Part shown: positions 10,332-21,647 of the stretch, piece after piece | Layout: the number at the start of each line of letters is the position of its first letter | Numbering within the stretch: the stretch's first letter is position 1 | Source: an uncultured Methanosarcinales archaeon | GTDB lineage: Archaea > Halobacteriota > Methanosarcinia > Methanotrichales > Methanotrichaceae | Length of the DNA: 64,000 bases | Assembly (NCBI GenBank): GCA_963843555.1 | Contig: CAWJKV010000007.1 | Location: 1-64,000 of the forward strand | Reading direction: 5' to 3' | Notes under the pieces: model-generated | The model's database searches: none | Told to the model about the DNA's origin: nothing | The model's input: only the letters and a program-made list of their open reading frames with translations | Translations under genes and position numbers: made by a program

Positions 10332-11763
10332 GTGACGAAGCTGAAATTGTTGATCGATGATCATCAGATAGAAGCAGAGGCCACTCAGCAGCATCCTCGA
10401 TGCTGCGAGATCTGCGGGGATCTATATTCCTACCTTATGCCATCATCCCTCTCTTGAACCCTATGGATCTTGCAGGCTTTGCACAGTGGAGATAGAAAAA
10501 AATGGCAGGAAGAGGTTTGTTACCGCCTGCAATTATCCCGTGGAAGAAGGGCTGAGGGTGACGACCTGCTCTCCTGAGGTTCTGGATATTCGCAAGATGA
10601 TAGCAGAGCTGCTCATAGCCAGGTGTCCGGGGGAGAAAAGAGTGCAGGATCTGGCCAGAGAGTATGGAATCACTGAGCTACGATTCAAATCAGATAGTGA
10701 AAAATGCGTCCTCTGCGGACTGTGTAGCCGGGTTTGTGAGGAACTGGTAGGCGTTTCGGCAATTAATTTTCAAAACCGGGGCACAGAAAGGGATGTGGGC
10801 ACGCCGTATGGAGAATTATCTGAGGACTGCATCGGCTGCGGAGCATGTGCACTGGTGTGTCCCACCAATGCCATATCCGAGCGAAGGAACATCTTTCCCG
10901 TCACCCCCCAGGACAATAGAGATATAGAAGATGGATTTCTGAAAGGGGAGCCAGATGATGATCTGGGATTGTTTAGCGAACTATTTGCTGCCGAGACAAA
11001 GATAGAGGGGCAGGATGGTGGAGTTGTCACTGCTCTGCTTGCCAGGGGCATTGAGACGGGCCTGCTCGATTCTGCCGTGGTGGTGCTGAATAGGGAGATT
11101 TATGGAGCGAAAGCTGCTCTGGTTGATGATATCCAGGGAATAACGGGAGCAAAGGGGACGAAGTACATGCGGGTGCCCGTAATGCCTCGGCTGATTGACG
11201 CTCTGAAGGAGGGAAAGAGAAAAATTGCTGTTGTCGGCACGCCCTGCCAGATCCGAGTCATCAGAAAATTGCAGCAGAAGGGATACTTCAATGATGAATT
11301 TGCGGATGCAGAGATTTTCCTCCTCGGGCTCTTCTGTTTTGAGAGTTTCGATTACAGAGATTTGAGGACTCATATTCAAGAGCTATTGGGAATAGACCTT
11401 GAGGAAGCAGACAAGATTCAGATCGCCAAAGGAAAATTCATCGTCTCTCATGAGGACCGGGACTATTCTTGCAGCGTGCGAGAGCTTGAGCATGAAGTTA
11501 GAGAAGGCTGTCGATTTTGCGGCGATTTGGTCTCAAGGCTTGCCGATATATCTATTGGCTCTATAGGAAGCCCCAATGGATGCTCCACTGTGATCGTCAG
11601 ATCCGATCGCGGAAAAAGATTGCTGGAAGGCGTGCAGTTCACCAGGAGAGAGATGAATAGGGATGATATCGTTAAATTGGCCAGATTGAAGAGAAGAAAT
11701 GCCGATAAAAACTTCCAGAAGATCGTGGAGGGTTTGCGGCTCAATTTGATCCCAAAAGGATAA
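10332..11763 (+). CDS. NuoG-like Fe-S module fused to an FrhB/FdhB (F420-binding) domain; frameshift near 10388
   Basis: IPTLCHHPSLEPYGSCRLC upstream of the track ORF; CVLCGLCSRVC, CIGCGACALVCP; GQDGGVVTALL, VGTPCQ, GLFCFESF, GCRFCGD, ADISIGS. Confidence 0.9.
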
Positions 11764-12056
11764 TGGGTTAAGAAGAACCGGATCTCATCTCCTGGGCCAT
11801 TCGCTCTCCACCACGAATTGGTGAACAGTTGTTCCCCGGGACCCTTGGCGGTCCAGGATAGATATTCGAATAAATCTATATCATATGCGATATAGGTCAG
11901 CAAAGGTAAGAGTTATATAGTTTATAATGCTTAATAGTTATGTATTGTGCGTATACAATAAGTAAAGCGGCCAGTGGAACTAATTCAAATCTTGTGTTTC
12001 AGCCGCCGGGATGAACTCATCAACGACTCTGCAAATTGAACAGGGGTTTGGAGAAT

Positions 12057-12305
12057 ATGTGTGAATTCGCAGAAAAAGGAATAAATGATCCTAAAATCGA
12101 CCAGATAATCTTCTTTGAACATACCTGTGGTGCCCAAGACGAACGAGAATGCACTTTGATGAAGCATATCATCATGGCCGAGATACGAAAATCCAATGTG
12201 CCTTCCTGGGTTTCCGAGGAGCTGGAGAAAAAACTGGATTGTCGCGGCTGCCGGAGTGCTCTGGGAAGGCGGCCTGCAGCAGGCTCTTTGGAAGTCCTGT
12301 CATAG
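12057..12305 (+). CDS. small HTCG/CxxC protein
   Basis: EHTCGAQDEREC...SNVPSWVSEELEKKLDCRGC; paralog at 7402-7626 supports coding status. Confidence 0.75.
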   Translation: MCEFAEKGINDPKIDQIIFFEHTCGAQDERECTLMKHIIMAEIRKSNVPSWVSEELEKKLDCRGCRSALGRRPAAGSLEVLS

Positions 12306-12595
12306 GTACGTATCCGTAATTCAAAGAGGCATGAGAACAATTCTTCCGGGAATCGAACCATTCCGTTAAAAGGTTTGAGTTAAGGGGCATAAATCAGGAT
12401 GCTGAAGCGTTATGAATTCTGGAAGCGGCGCTGAATCAGCTTGATGCATACCTATTTTCCGAAAATGGCAAGAGGCTTAGGTCAGCCGAGATGGTATATA
12501 ATTCTATATCATGAATTCTGATTAATAATATCGCGGCTGTCAATCTATTTATAGGATACAATCCGTACTCCGCAAAGCTCCGGCGGAGTGTTGGC

Positions 12596-15295
12596 GTGGC
12601 GAATATCCATATCTTATCCGGCATCGAGGAACTCTGCAGACGCCTAGACAAGCTGCGCCCTCAATGTGCAAGTGATCCAAAAAAAACAGAAGAAGCCCTA
12701 ACAGAAGCCCTTGAAGAACTCCGGGCCATCCAGCAGGAGATACAAGCCTCTGAGCAGCTTGACCTCACCAGAGCCGAGCAGGCCGATGAGGCCCTGCGAC
12801 AAAGCGAGGAGCGATTTAGAGTGCTCACCGATAACCTGAGTTCCGGTGTAGCGCTGATTGATGAGTCGGGCAGGTTTGCAGAGTGTAATCCTGCATTCCT
12901 GAAGATGTTTGGCCTTGCCGATGATCCACCTGCTGATAATCCATCCCGTATTAAGGACATTAACGATCAAGACTGGGCTGATTGGCAGGTGTTTGATGAA
13001 AGTGGCGCGTTACTGGATGTTGATGATCACCCCATCCGGAAAGCGTCCAGGACTCGTAAGCCCGTTCGCAATAAGCTGGTCAATGTCAGACTGCCCGGCA
13101 GCGGTGATCCGGTTGGGATGGTCATCAGCCTCGAGCCCATATTCAAACCCGATGGTAAAATGGACTCGCTGATATGCACTTGCCAGGATATTACGGAGCT
13201 GGAGAGAGCGGAGTTGGCACTCCAGCAATCCGAAGAAAATTACCGGCTGCTTATAAAGAATGCTCCCAGCATAATTTATGAACTTGATTTTCGTGGTAAC
13301 AGGTTCAAGAGCGTCAATGACGAGATGTGCAGGACTCTAGGTTACACCAGAGAAGAGCTTCTGGGTATGAATCCAGGAGATCTCCTGGTGGGCACGAGCA
13401 AGACAGCATTCAGGGAACGGATTAAGAAAACACTCGAAGGCGAACCGATAAGAGATTTCATAGAATATAGAGTAAAAACAAAAGACGGACGTGAACTCAA
13501 TGGAGCTCTACGCACCACGATCATATTTAGGGATGGCCAACCAGAGAGCGCATTGGTAGTGGCACACGACTTCACTGAGCGCAAACAGATGGAGATGAAA
13601 CTGGCCCGAATGGTCCTGGAGAGGACCGAGGCGCTCTCGAAGGCCAAGCTTGAACTGGAAGCCGCAAATGAAGAACTCAAATTGGATCTGCTGAAGCACG
13701 AGAGACTCGAGGCAGTGCTCGTCGAGGCCAAGGAAGCCGCAGAGGCCGCAGCGCGGGCCAAATCCAATTTCGTGGCCAATATGAGCCACGAGATTCGCAC
13801 GCCCATGAATGCTGTCATTGGGATGACCAGCCTGCTCTTGGCTGACGAAGATTTGAATTCCGAACAGAGAGATTTCATAGAGACTATCAGAATGAGCGGG
13901 GATGCGCTCATGGTCATTATCAACGACATACTCGACTTCTCCAGGATGCAAGAGAACAAGATAATTCTGGAAGAACAGCCTTTCGATCTGAGAGACTGCA
14001 TCGAGGAGGCTCTCGACCTTGTGGCCGTCAAGGCGGGTGAGAAGAGCCTGAACCTCGCTTACACCATGGACAAAAGCGTTCCCGAGATTATCATCGGTGA
14101 TCCCAACCGTCTCAGACAGATCCTGAGCAATCTCCTCAGTAACGCTATAAAATTTTCAGAGCGCGGCGAGATCAAGCTCTCGGTATCAAGCCAAGACCAG
14201 GAGGGCGCTGGCGCTCATGAGATCCTTTTCGCAGTTCAGGATACGGGTATAGGCATTTCCGCGGACCAAATGGGTTATCTGTTCCAACCTTTCAGTCAGG
14301 TTGATGCCACCGGGATGCGTAATAACGTCGGAGGAACCGGCCTCGGTCTGGTTATCAGCAAGAAACTCGTGGAGCTGATGGATGGCAGGATCTGGGCAGA
14401 GTCAGAGCTGGAAAAGGGGTCGACCTTTTATTTCACCATCAAAGCAGAGACCGCGCCAGGCGATCCAAATGCGTCTCTTGTCGGAGATCAGCCCCATCTG
14501 GTGGGCAAGCATGTCCTCATAGTTAACAATAACAGGACCAATCGACGTATCCTGGGATCCTATGTCTATTCCTGGGGTATGGTACCACTGGTGGCATCAA
14601 AGACCCAGGCGGCACTGGACTGGATTCGGAGAGGAGATGTCTTTGATGTCGCTATCCTGGATATGGATATGCTGGGTATGGATATGCAAGATAAAAACAG
14701 GCAAGATATGGACGGCCTGACACTGGCGGATGAGATTCACAGGTACAACAATGCTCTTCCTCTGGTGATGCTCACCTCGATTGGACAGCATCTGCCAGCC
14801 GGTTATGCGTACTTAACAAAACCCATAAAGCCCGCACAGCTGCATAAGATTCTCACGAAAGTCATTTCTGTGCCTCTGGCCCGTGATTCAGATCAAGCAA
14901 AAGCGGTCGCCAGGGAAATTCAGACCAATTCTTTGCGGATTCTTCTGGCTGAGGACAATGTAACCAGCCAGAAAGTAACCATACAGATGCTTTTGCGGAT
15001 GGGATTAAGAGCAGATGTAGTCGCCAATGGAATAGAGGCTCTGCAAGCACTAAAACGCCAGCCTTACGACATAGTGCTCATGGACCTCAGGATGCCCGTG
15101 ATGAACGGGCTTGATGCTACTCGAATCATACGCCAGAATTGGCCGGACAATGGACCAAGAGTGATAGCCATTACTGCCTATGCCCAGAAAGGCGATCGAG
15201 ATAGGTGCATAGAAGCCGGCACGGATGATTATATAAGCAAACCCATAAAGCTGGAAGAGCTGGCTGATGTGTTGAGCAAGTATCAGAAGAAATGA
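12596..15295 (+). CDS. hybrid sensor histidine kinase (2x PAS, HisKA, HATPase, 2x receiver)
   Basis: [16 protein letters not shown]-box, [22 protein letters not shown], receiver LLAEDN...LMDLRMP...KP. Confidence 0.96.
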   Translation: MANIHILSGIEELCRRLDKLRPQCASDPKKTEEALTEALEELRAIQQEIQASEQLDLTRAEQADEALRQSEERFRVLTDNLSSGVALIDESGRFAECNPAFLKMFGLADDPPADNPSRIKDINDQDWADWQVFDESGALLDVDDHPIRKASRTRKPVRNKLVNVRLPGSGDPVGMVISLEPIFKPDGKMDSLICTCQDITELERAELALQQSEENYRLLIKNAPSIIYELDFRGNRFKSVNDEMCRTLGYTREELLGMNPGDLLVGTSKTAFRERIKKTLEGEPIRDFIEYRVKTKDGRELNGALRTTIIFRDGQPESALVVAHDFTERKQMEMKLARMVLERTEALSKAKLELEAANEELKLDLLKHERLEAVLVEAKEAAEAAARAKSNFVANMSHEIRTPMNAVIGMTSLLLADEDLNSEQRDFIETIRMSGDALMVIINDILDFSRMQENKIILEEQPFDLRDCIEEALDLVAVKAGEKSLNLAYTMDKSVPEIIIGDPNRLRQILSNLLSNAIKFSERGEIKLSVSSQDQEGAGAHEILFAVQDTGIGISADQMGYLFQPFSQVDATGMRNNVGGTGLGLVISKKLVELMDGRIWAESELEKGSTFYFTIKAETAPGDPNASLVGDQPHLVGKHVLIVNNNRTNRRILGSYVYSWGMVPLVASKTQAALDWIRRGDVFDVAILDMDMLGMDMQDKNRQDMDGLTLADEIHRYNNALPLVMLTSIGQHLPAGYAYLTKPIKPAQLHKILTKVISVPLARDSDQAKAVAREIQTNSLRILLAEDNVTSQKVTIQMLLRMGLRADVVANGIEALQALKRQPYDIVLMDLRMPVMNGLDATRIIRQNWPDNGPRVIAITAYAQKGDRDRCIEAGTDDYISKPIKLEELADVLSKYQKK

Positions 15296-15668
15296 GGGCG
15301 GGCTCCTTCGAATTCTAGATAGTGCTGCCATTCCGAGGATCAGCTCCGGCTGCGTTCGCCTCTAGATACGGGTGGGACTGTAAGGGGATATCCGCTTCCA
15401 CCTGCGGCTGATGATCAGGCTGCCTGCAAAGGCCCGGGCTCAGCCTTACCAACTCCAAGAAGCTCTGGACGCTTTAATATCCCAGATGTCTCTGAAGATA
15501 TCACCTGGATTCGCCGGAAGGAGCATATGCCGGTTCGCGGGGGCGCGCTTGGGTGTGGGTGCAGAAGGTAGACGGCTAGAGGAGAGGCGGTGCATGCTTT
15601 CGCAGCTATCTTGGCTCCGGATTTTGAGACTATTGGCATCTCTCAGATGCCATTAGCTCCAATCACCC

Positions 15669-15905
15669 TCATTTATCGTAGAAAAGCTCAAGATATTCTT
15701 CGTTAGTTAAACCTGCCCTGGCTATTAGCTTCTTGAGAAGCCCGATGCCAAGATCCTTGCCTTTATGCACAGGTACTGAGAGATGAACGTCGCTTCCTTC
15801 TTTAATTAATATATGGTGACTGCCTTCGATATGATTGAGCTTCCAGCCTGCTCTTTTGAAGGCAGCTACATGTTTATCGCCACAGACTCTAGGAAGCTTC
15901 TGCAT
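15669..15905 (-). CDS. hicA: HicA-family toxin
   Basis: GSHHIL, SVPVHKGKDLGIGLL. Confidence 0.9.
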   Translation of the reverse strand: MQKLPRVCGDKHVAAFKRAGWKLNHIEGSHHILIKEGSDVHLSVPVHKGKDLGIGLLKKLIARAGLTNEEYLELFYDK

Positions 15906-16137
15906 ATTTTGATTCAGTGACGTCTAGAGAGATATCGATCTTTCCATCGATGGATGGGATCTTGAGCTTATCTCCTGCTATCTTGAGCCTGGATTTTAGG
16001 CATCCGATAATGGCTTCACTTATGTTTTCTATGGCCTCTTCCTTGCTCTCCCCTTCCGAAAGGCATCCAGGCAAATCGGTGCACTCAACAACATACTTTC
16101 CGTCTTCGTCGCGCTCAATGGTAATATGAAATTTCAT
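15889..16137 (-). CDS. hicB: HicB-family antitoxin
   Basis: YVVECTDLPGCLSEGESKEEAIENISEAI; overlaps hicA, hicBA order. Confidence 0.9.
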   Translation of the reverse strand: MKFHITIERDEDGKYVVECTDLPGCLSEGESKEEAIENISEAIIGCLKSRLKIAGDKLKIPSIDGKIDISLDVTESKYAEAS

Positions 16138-16459
16138 CTAAGTCCTGATTGGTGATGCTTGCATATTAAGCTTCCTTTCGGGCTTTTTGGGGAGGGTCAT
16201 TAGCACAGCGAGCAAAGCTTGGGCCAGGAAACGAGAGCTGGTCGGCCAGGGAGTGTTGTTAAAGAAGCAGTTTTTGAGGCATCAGATATTTATTTTGAAA
16301 TAAGTGGACGAAAATTACTATTAGCTGATATTTATAACCAAAGAACAACGGAACCCAATTCCAGAGGCATTGAGACGAAGAGACGTACGACGGTTTATCA
16401 ACAGCCCAAACGAACCCCAGTCCCCCTCTTTTCCTCTACCAAACCTTTATCTCCTATCA

Positions 16460-16524
16460 GCCGATTTCCCCTCTAGCACCGGAATGTGACCCGTTTCGGG
16501 TCGAACCGGTATGGGTGAAAAGGA
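16460..16524 (+). promoter_or_regulatory. structured 5' leader of rpl15e (candidate eL15 ribosomal leader)
   Basis: Nested stem accgg(16478)...gacccg-ttt-cgggtc...ccggt(16510) between a TTTAT box at about 16446 and the ATG at 16525. Confidence 0.55.
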
Positions 16525-17112
16525 ATGAGGTCTTTTTACAAGTATATCAGTGACGCCTGGTCCTCTCCCCGAGAGGGATACGTGGGCGCACTGCGGCAAG
16601 AGAGGCTTAAGGCCTGGCGCCAGGATATGACCGTGCAGAAGATCGAGAGGCCTACCCGCCTGGATAGGGCGCGGGCTTTGGGCTACAAGGCCAAGCAAGG
16701 CATAATCGTGGCGCGTGTGAAGGTAAGACGTGGCGGGCTGCGCAAGTCCCGTTACGAGAGGAACAGAAAGACCAGCAAGATGGGCGTGAACACCATCTCC
16801 ATGGCCAAGTCCATTCAGCGCATAGCAGAGGAGCGGGCCGGCAGAAGGTTCCGCAACATGGAAGTTCTTAACTCTTACTGGGTGGCCGAAGACGGCAAGC
16901 AGAAGTGGTACGAGGTCATTCTGGTTGACCCCTGCGCTCCATCCATCATGAATGACAAGAACCTTAACTGGGTCTGCAACGATGTCCACCGGGGCAGAGC
17001 CGTGCGGGGCAAGACCAGCGCCGGTCGCAAGGGCCGCGGCCAGAGACACAAGGGCTTTGGCACTGAGAAGACAAGACCCGGCATCAGAGCCCACGACGGC
17101 AAAGGAAAGTAA
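16525..17112 (+). CDS. rpl15e: 50S ribosomal protein eL15
   Basis: [35 protein letters not shown]. Confidence 0.98.
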   Translation: MRSFYKYISDAWSSPREGYVGALRQERLKAWRQDMTVQKIERPTRLDRARALGYKAKQGIIVARVKVRRGGLRKSRYERNRKTSKMGVNTISMAKSIQRIAEERAGRRFRNMEVLNSYWVAEDGKQKWYEVILVDPCAPSIMNDKNLNWVCNDVHRGRAVRGKTSAGRKGRGQRHKGFGTEKTRPGIRAHDGKGK

Positions 17113-17146
17113 GCGATTTGGTACGAAATTGGCAAGTGATCGATAA

Positions 17147-17563
17147 GTGATCGATAAGGTCTCTTTCCGGGCCTTTGTGGCAGCGACGGAAGACGTTGAC
17201 CGGGTGCGCGAAGCGCTCAGCATCTTCGTCCCTCTGGATAGAATATCCTCTTCGACCGCAGAAGGCCATTTCGGAAATGAGATCAAAATCCTGGAGGCCA
17301 GCCTCAAAAAGAAAGAGGGGCAGGCCTTCTTTCAAATTCTTAGAGAGCAGCTATCCACAGACGATCAGCTCCGGCTGCGCCGCGAGATGCCGGAGAGGCT
17401 GGAAGGGGATAGCCATTTCCACCTGCGGCTGGACAAGCAGGCCGCCTACAAAGGCCTGCTCCGCCTGACAGACTCTAAAGATGCCCTGGATGTTTGTGCT
17501 CTGGTCAAGACCTATCCCGCCCGGCGGGAGTCGGCCTTGAAGATTTTGAGTGAACTCATATGA
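17147..17563 (+). CDS. RNA-binding protein of the exosome superoperon (DUF54-like)
   Basis: ATED.RV, EGHFGNEI, LRLDKQAAY; conserved position after rpl15e. Confidence 0.85.
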   Translation: MIDKVSFRAFVAATEDVDRVREALSIFVPLDRISSSTAEGHFGNEIKILEASLKKKEGQAFFQILREQLSTDDQLRLRREMPERLEGDSHFHLRLDKQAAYKGLLRLTDSKDALDVCALVKTYPARRESALKILSELI

Positions 17564-18237
17564 GCTTCTACGAGTGCCTGAAAGCCTATCCTGAGGGCTC
17601 GGCATCCGCCAGCCGTCTCGCCCTGACAGCAAAGCGGCTGGGCTACCCTGGTATTATCATCTGCAACCAGGAGCCGCATAAGCTCTTTCGGCCAGAGGCA
17701 ATCCAATTCATAAAGGGAATTGAAGTTGCCATCGGTGCAGAGGTGACGGCACAGAACACGAAGGCGCTTAAGAGCCGTATCTCTAATCTACGGGCAAGAT
17801 ACCCTTTCCTGGTGGTTCGTGGAACGACGGATGAGATCATTCGGGCCGCCAGCGAAGACCCCAATGTGGACGTGCTTCTACACCCCTGCGACGGCCGGCG
17901 CCCTTTGGGCATAGCCACGGCCAGAGCCGCCCGGCTGAATCAGGTGGCTATAGGTTTTGACCTGAGTCCCTTGCTTCATCTGTGCGGCAGCCCGCGAGCT
18001 CGCTGGCTTGAGGCTCTCAGGCGCAATCTGTTATTCTCCCGAAAGTTCGACCTCAATCCTGTTATCACTATGGGTGCAAGATCGCACCTCGACCTGCGTT
18101 CTCCCCGGGACCTCATCGCCCTGGCGGAAGTGGCGGGCTTTGAGCCGGATGAAGCCAAAGAAGCCCTGCGACGGCCGGGAAAGTTGCTGGATCTGAATTG
18201 CAGAAAGTGGCAGAGTCCGGGAGTGGAACTTCTTTGA
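17560..18237 (+). CDS. rnp3: RNase P protein Rpp30
   Basis: VDVLLHP, ARSHLDLRSPRDL; superoperon position. Confidence 0.9.
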   Translation: MSFYECLKAYPEGSASASRLALTAKRLGYPGIIICNQEPHKLFRPEAIQFIKGIEVAIGAEVTAQNTKALKSRISNLRARYPFLVVRGTTDEIIRAASEDPNVDVLLHPCDGRRPLGIATARAARLNQVAIGFDLSPLLHLCGSPRARWLEALRRNLLFSRKFDLNPVITMGARSHLDLRSPRDLIALAEVAGFEPDEAKEALRRPGKLLDLNCRKWQSPGVELL

Positions 18238-18776
18238 GAAGCAGACTGCCGGTGCTCCGCAGCAGAAGAAGGTACATGATATTTGAGCTGGAAGCAGAGG
18301 ACGTTATCCAGGCCAAAGATCTGATGAACGAGATTCACTCCAAACAATTCTCTCTTTTTGGCGACAGGGGCGCCTCGGAAAATAGGCTCAAGCTCATCGC
18401 CTTCAACGGTCGCTATGGATTATTACGGTTTCACCATACCCATTCCACTGAGACCCGGGCGATACTTGCCACCATTTATTCGATCCATGAGTGCAGAGTT
18501 GCGCTGCATGCAAGAGGCGTAACGGGGACAATTAAATCAGCCACAGAAAAGTATTTACCGCGTCTAAGTAAAATAAGTGCGGAAAGCGACGGAAGAAGAA
18601 TCGAGCTGGAAGAAGTTTCCGGGTGCATAATTCGCACCCATGGCCTGGAAGTCGATCTCTGTCCGGACGACCGCGATTGGACCAAGGGATCAGACACCCG
18701 ATACCTGGGGCTGACCTCTTTTGATTTAAGTGGAGGACACGACGATGCAGATGGCACCGCAGATGGGTTACGATAG
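18234..18776 (+). CDS. rnp2: RNase P protein Pop5 with C-terminal extension
   Basis: [23 protein letters not shown]; lies between rnp3 and psmA. Confidence 0.85.
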   Translation: MRSRLPVLRSRRRYMIFELEAEDVIQAKDLMNEIHSKQFSLFGDRGASENRLKLIAFNGRYGLLRFHHTHSTETRAILATIYSIHECRVALHARGVTGTIKSATEKYLPRLSKISAESDGRRIELEEVSGCIIRTHGLEVDLCPDDRDWTKGSDTRYLGLTSFDLSGGHDDADGTADGLR

Positions 18777-19503
18777 GGCTATTACCGTATTCAGCCCTGA
18801 CGGCAGATTATTTCAAGTTGAATATGCCCGCGAGGCCGTTCGGAGAGGAACGACGGCGGTAGGCATTAAAGTAAAAGACGGCGTAGCCGTACTGGTGGAC
18901 AAGAGAATCACCAGCAGGCTCATGGAGCCCAAGTCCATTGAGAAGATCTTTCAGATAGATACGCATATAGGCGCCGCCACGTCGGGCCTCGTTGCAGACG
19001 CCAGAGTCCTGATCGATAGAGCAAGGGTGGAGAGCCAGATCAACCGGCTGGTCTATGACGAACCGATAGGTGTCGAGGCCCTGGCCAAGAAGATCTGCGA
19101 CTTCAAGCAGCAATATACTCAATACGGCGGAGTGCGGCCTTTTGGAACGGCGCTCCTTATCATCGGCGCAGAAGAGGATAGAGCCCGGCTCTTTGAGACC
19201 GATCCGTCCGGAGCTCTGCTGGAATATAAGGCCACGGGCATCGGAGCCGGCAGAGCGGCAGTGATGGAGGTCTTCGAGGAGAAATACAGAGAAGACTTGA
19301 CAATGGACGAGGCAGTGCTCCTGGGTCTGGAGGCGCTCTACAAGGCGGCCGAGGGCAAGGTAGAGGCGGCTACAACGGAGATCGGCATCATCAAGCTCTC
19401 TGACAAGAAGTTCTACAAGCTGACGGAAAAAGAAGTAGCTGATTATGTGGAACGCATGAAGGCCGCTGTTGTAAACAGCAAAGGTGAGAAAGGAGAGGCG
19501 TAG
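18745..19503 (+). CDS. psmA: proteasome alpha subunit
   Basis: [31 protein letters not shown]. Confidence 0.98.
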   Translation: MQMAPQMGYDRAITVFSPDGRLFQVEYAREAVRRGTTAVGIKVKDGVAVLVDKRITSRLMEPKSIEKIFQIDTHIGAATSGLVADARVLIDRARVESQINRLVYDEPIGVEALAKKICDFKQQYTQYGGVRPFGTALLIIGAEEDRARLFETDPSGALLEYKATGIGAGRAAVMEVFEEKYREDLTMDEAVLLGLEALYKAAEGKVEAATTEIGIIKLSDKKFYKLTEKEVADYVERMKAAVVNSKGEKGEA

Positions 19504-19505
19504 GA

Positions 19506-20204
19506 ATGGTCCGACTGGATGACGCAGTTCCTGCCAGGCTCAAGACCCACGGTACTACCTTTGAAGTCTTGGTGGATCCCGATGGAGCCTTGGCCCTGAA
19601 GCGAGGAGATAGCGTCAACCTCGAAGAGATCCTGGCTGTAGAAGATGTTTTCGAAAATGCTTCTCGGGGCGATAGGAGCCCGGAAGAAGACCTGCAAAAG
19701 GCCTTTGGGACCACAGAAGTTCTCCCCATTGCTCAGATCATCATCAAGAAGGGCGAGATCAGCCTGACGGCTGAGCAGCGCAAGAAGTTCCTGGAGAACA
19801 AACGCAGGCAAGTGATTGAAGTCATAGCCAGGAATGCCATCAACCCTCAGACCAAGACTCCTCATCCGCCAGCGCGAATCGATCAGGCCATGACCGAGGC
19901 CCGCGTCAACATCGATCCCACGAAATCCACAGATGAGCTGGTCAAGATAGCCATGAAGGCCATCAGGCCTCTCATACCCATCAGATTTGAGGAGGTAGAG
20001 GTGGCAGTCAAACTTCCGCCAGAGTACGCCCCCAAGGCTTACGGCGAAGTCGCAGCTTTCGGTAAACTCACCCGCGAGGCATGGCAGAACAACGGCTCCT
20101 GGGTCGGTGTGGTACAGATACCCGCGGGCATGCAGACAGAGTTCTATGACCTTATCAACCGGCTGACCAAAGGCGAAGCTGAGACGAAACTTCTTAAGCA
20201 TTGA
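19506..20204 (+). CDS. SBDS/Sdo1 ribosome maturation protein
   Basis: FEVLVDP, INPQTKTPHPPARI, LIPIRFE. Confidence 0.96.
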   Translation: MVRLDDAVPARLKTHGTTFEVLVDPDGALALKRGDSVNLEEILAVEDVFENASRGDRSPEEDLQKAFGTTEVLPIAQIIIKKGEISLTAEQRKKFLENKRRQVIEVIARNAINPQTKTPHPPARIDQAMTEARVNIDPTKSTDELVKIAMKAIRPLIPIRFEEVEVAVKLPPEYAPKAYGEVAAFGKLTREAWQNNGSWVGVVQIPAGMQTEFYDLINRLTKGEAETKLLKH

Positions 20205-20223
20205 AGAATGGAGTAGGAAGCGC

Positions 20224-20889
20224 ATGGATCGCAAGGTGGTAGTACCAGGTGATCTTCTCTCTGAGGATGCCAAGAGGTCGGGCGAGGGGACGTATATAAG
20301 AGATGGAAGCGTCTACTCATTGCTATATGGTCTTGCGAACTACAGGGATAAGATAAATGTCATACCTCTGGCGGGAAAGTATGTGCCCGCTCCGGGGGAC
20401 AATGTCATAGGCGTGGTGAAGGATATAACCTTCTCCAATTGGATCGTGGATATAAATTCGCCTTACGACGGGCTTTTGCACATCTCGGAGTTTCCAAAAC
20501 GGATCGAATCGGATGAGATGTCCAAATATTTGCGCATCGGCAGTTCTATCATGACCCGGGTGAAGGATGTAGATCCCACGATGAAGGTGGAGCTCACTCT
20601 AAACGACCGAAAGCTGGGTCTGATCAGGGTCGGCCAGGTCATCGAGATCAGCCATACAAGGGTTCCCAGGCTTATCGGTAAGGGTGGCTCTATGATCAGC
20701 ATGCTGAAGAAAGAGGTAAACTGCAACATCTTCGTTGGCCAGAACGGCCGAATCTGGATCAGCGGTGGTGCAGATGATACGGATCTGGCACTCAAGACTA
20801 TTGCTCTGATCGAGAAGGAAGCCCATACCAATGGTTTGACGGACAGGATAGTGGACTTCTTGAAGACTGAGAAAGAGGCCAGAAGTTGA
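20224..20889 (+). CDS. rrp4: exosome subunit Rrp4
   Basis: VVPGDLL, S1 domain, KH motif [12 protein letters not shown]. Confidence 0.96.
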   Translation: MDRKVVVPGDLLSEDAKRSGEGTYIRDGSVYSLLYGLANYRDKINVIPLAGKYVPAPGDNVIGVVKDITFSNWIVDINSPYDGLLHISEFPKRIESDEMSKYLRIGSSIMTRVKDVDPTMKVELTLNDRKLGLIRVGQVIEISHTRVPRLIGKGGSMISMLKKEVNCNIFVGQNGRIWISGGADDTDLALKTIALIEKEAHTNGLTDRIVDFLKTEKEARS

Positions 20890-20894
20890 TCACT

Positions 20895-21647
20895 ATGGAT
20901 GAGACTGATATATCATTTTTCAAAGACGGACTCCGCCTGGATGGCCGAAGAGCAGATGAACTCCGGCCTGTAAAGATCGAGGTGGGAGTTCTGGAAAGAG
21001 CGGACGGCTCATGCTACATCGAGATGGGCGGAAACAAGGTCATAGCTGCAGTATACGGGCCAAGGGAAGTGCATCCCAGACACTTGCAGGAGGTAACGAG
21101 AGCAATTGTGCGCTATCGTTATAATATGGCCTCCTTCTCCGTGGAGGAGAGAAAACGACCGGGACCCGACCGAAGGTCATACGAGCTTTCCAAGGTGAGC
21201 CGAGAGGCATTAGAGCCCGTGATTCTTACCTCCTTCTTCCCGAGGTCGGTTATAGACGTCTTCGTGGAGGTGCTGCAGGCGGATGCAGGAACCAGGACCG
21301 CCGGCATAAATGCAGCGGCTGTGGCTTTAGCTGATGCCGGAATACCTATGAAGAGTATGATATCATCCTGCGCAGCCGGCAAAGTGGCCGACACCATAGT
21401 TCTGGACCCCATGAAGGAAGAAGATAACTTTGGACAGGCGGACCTGCCCATCGCCATGACTCCTAATGGTGATCTCACCCTGATGCAGATGGACGGCGGG
21501 TTGAGCACGGACGAGTTTCACGAGGCAGTGGAGATGGCCATGAAGGGGGCAAGAGATATCTATGAGCTGCAGAGGAAGGCCCTGGTGGATAAATACAGCC
21601 AGCTAGTGGCAGAGCCCGGAAGGGAAGAGGTGCATGCCTGTGACTAA
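20895..21647 (+). CDS. rrp41: exosome subunit Rrp41
   Basis: [38 protein letters not shown]. Confidence 0.97.
   Translation: MDETDISFFKDGLRLDGRRADELRPVKIEVGVLERADGSCYIEMGGNKVIAAVYGPREVHPRHLQEVTRAIVRYRYNMASFSVEERKRPGPDRRSYELSKVSREALEPVILTSFFPRSVIDVFVEVLQADAGTRTAGINAAAVALADAGIPMKSMISSCAAGKVADTIVLDPMKEEDNFGQADLPIAMTPNGDLTLMQMDGGLSTDEFHEAVEMAMKGARDIYELQRKALVDKYSQLVAEPGREEVHACD

Noticed and set aside
16447..20273. Long antisense ORFs (for example 16447-17307 and 19443-20273)
   Set aside because: They are shadows of well-conserved genes on the opposite strand and carry no recognisable motifs
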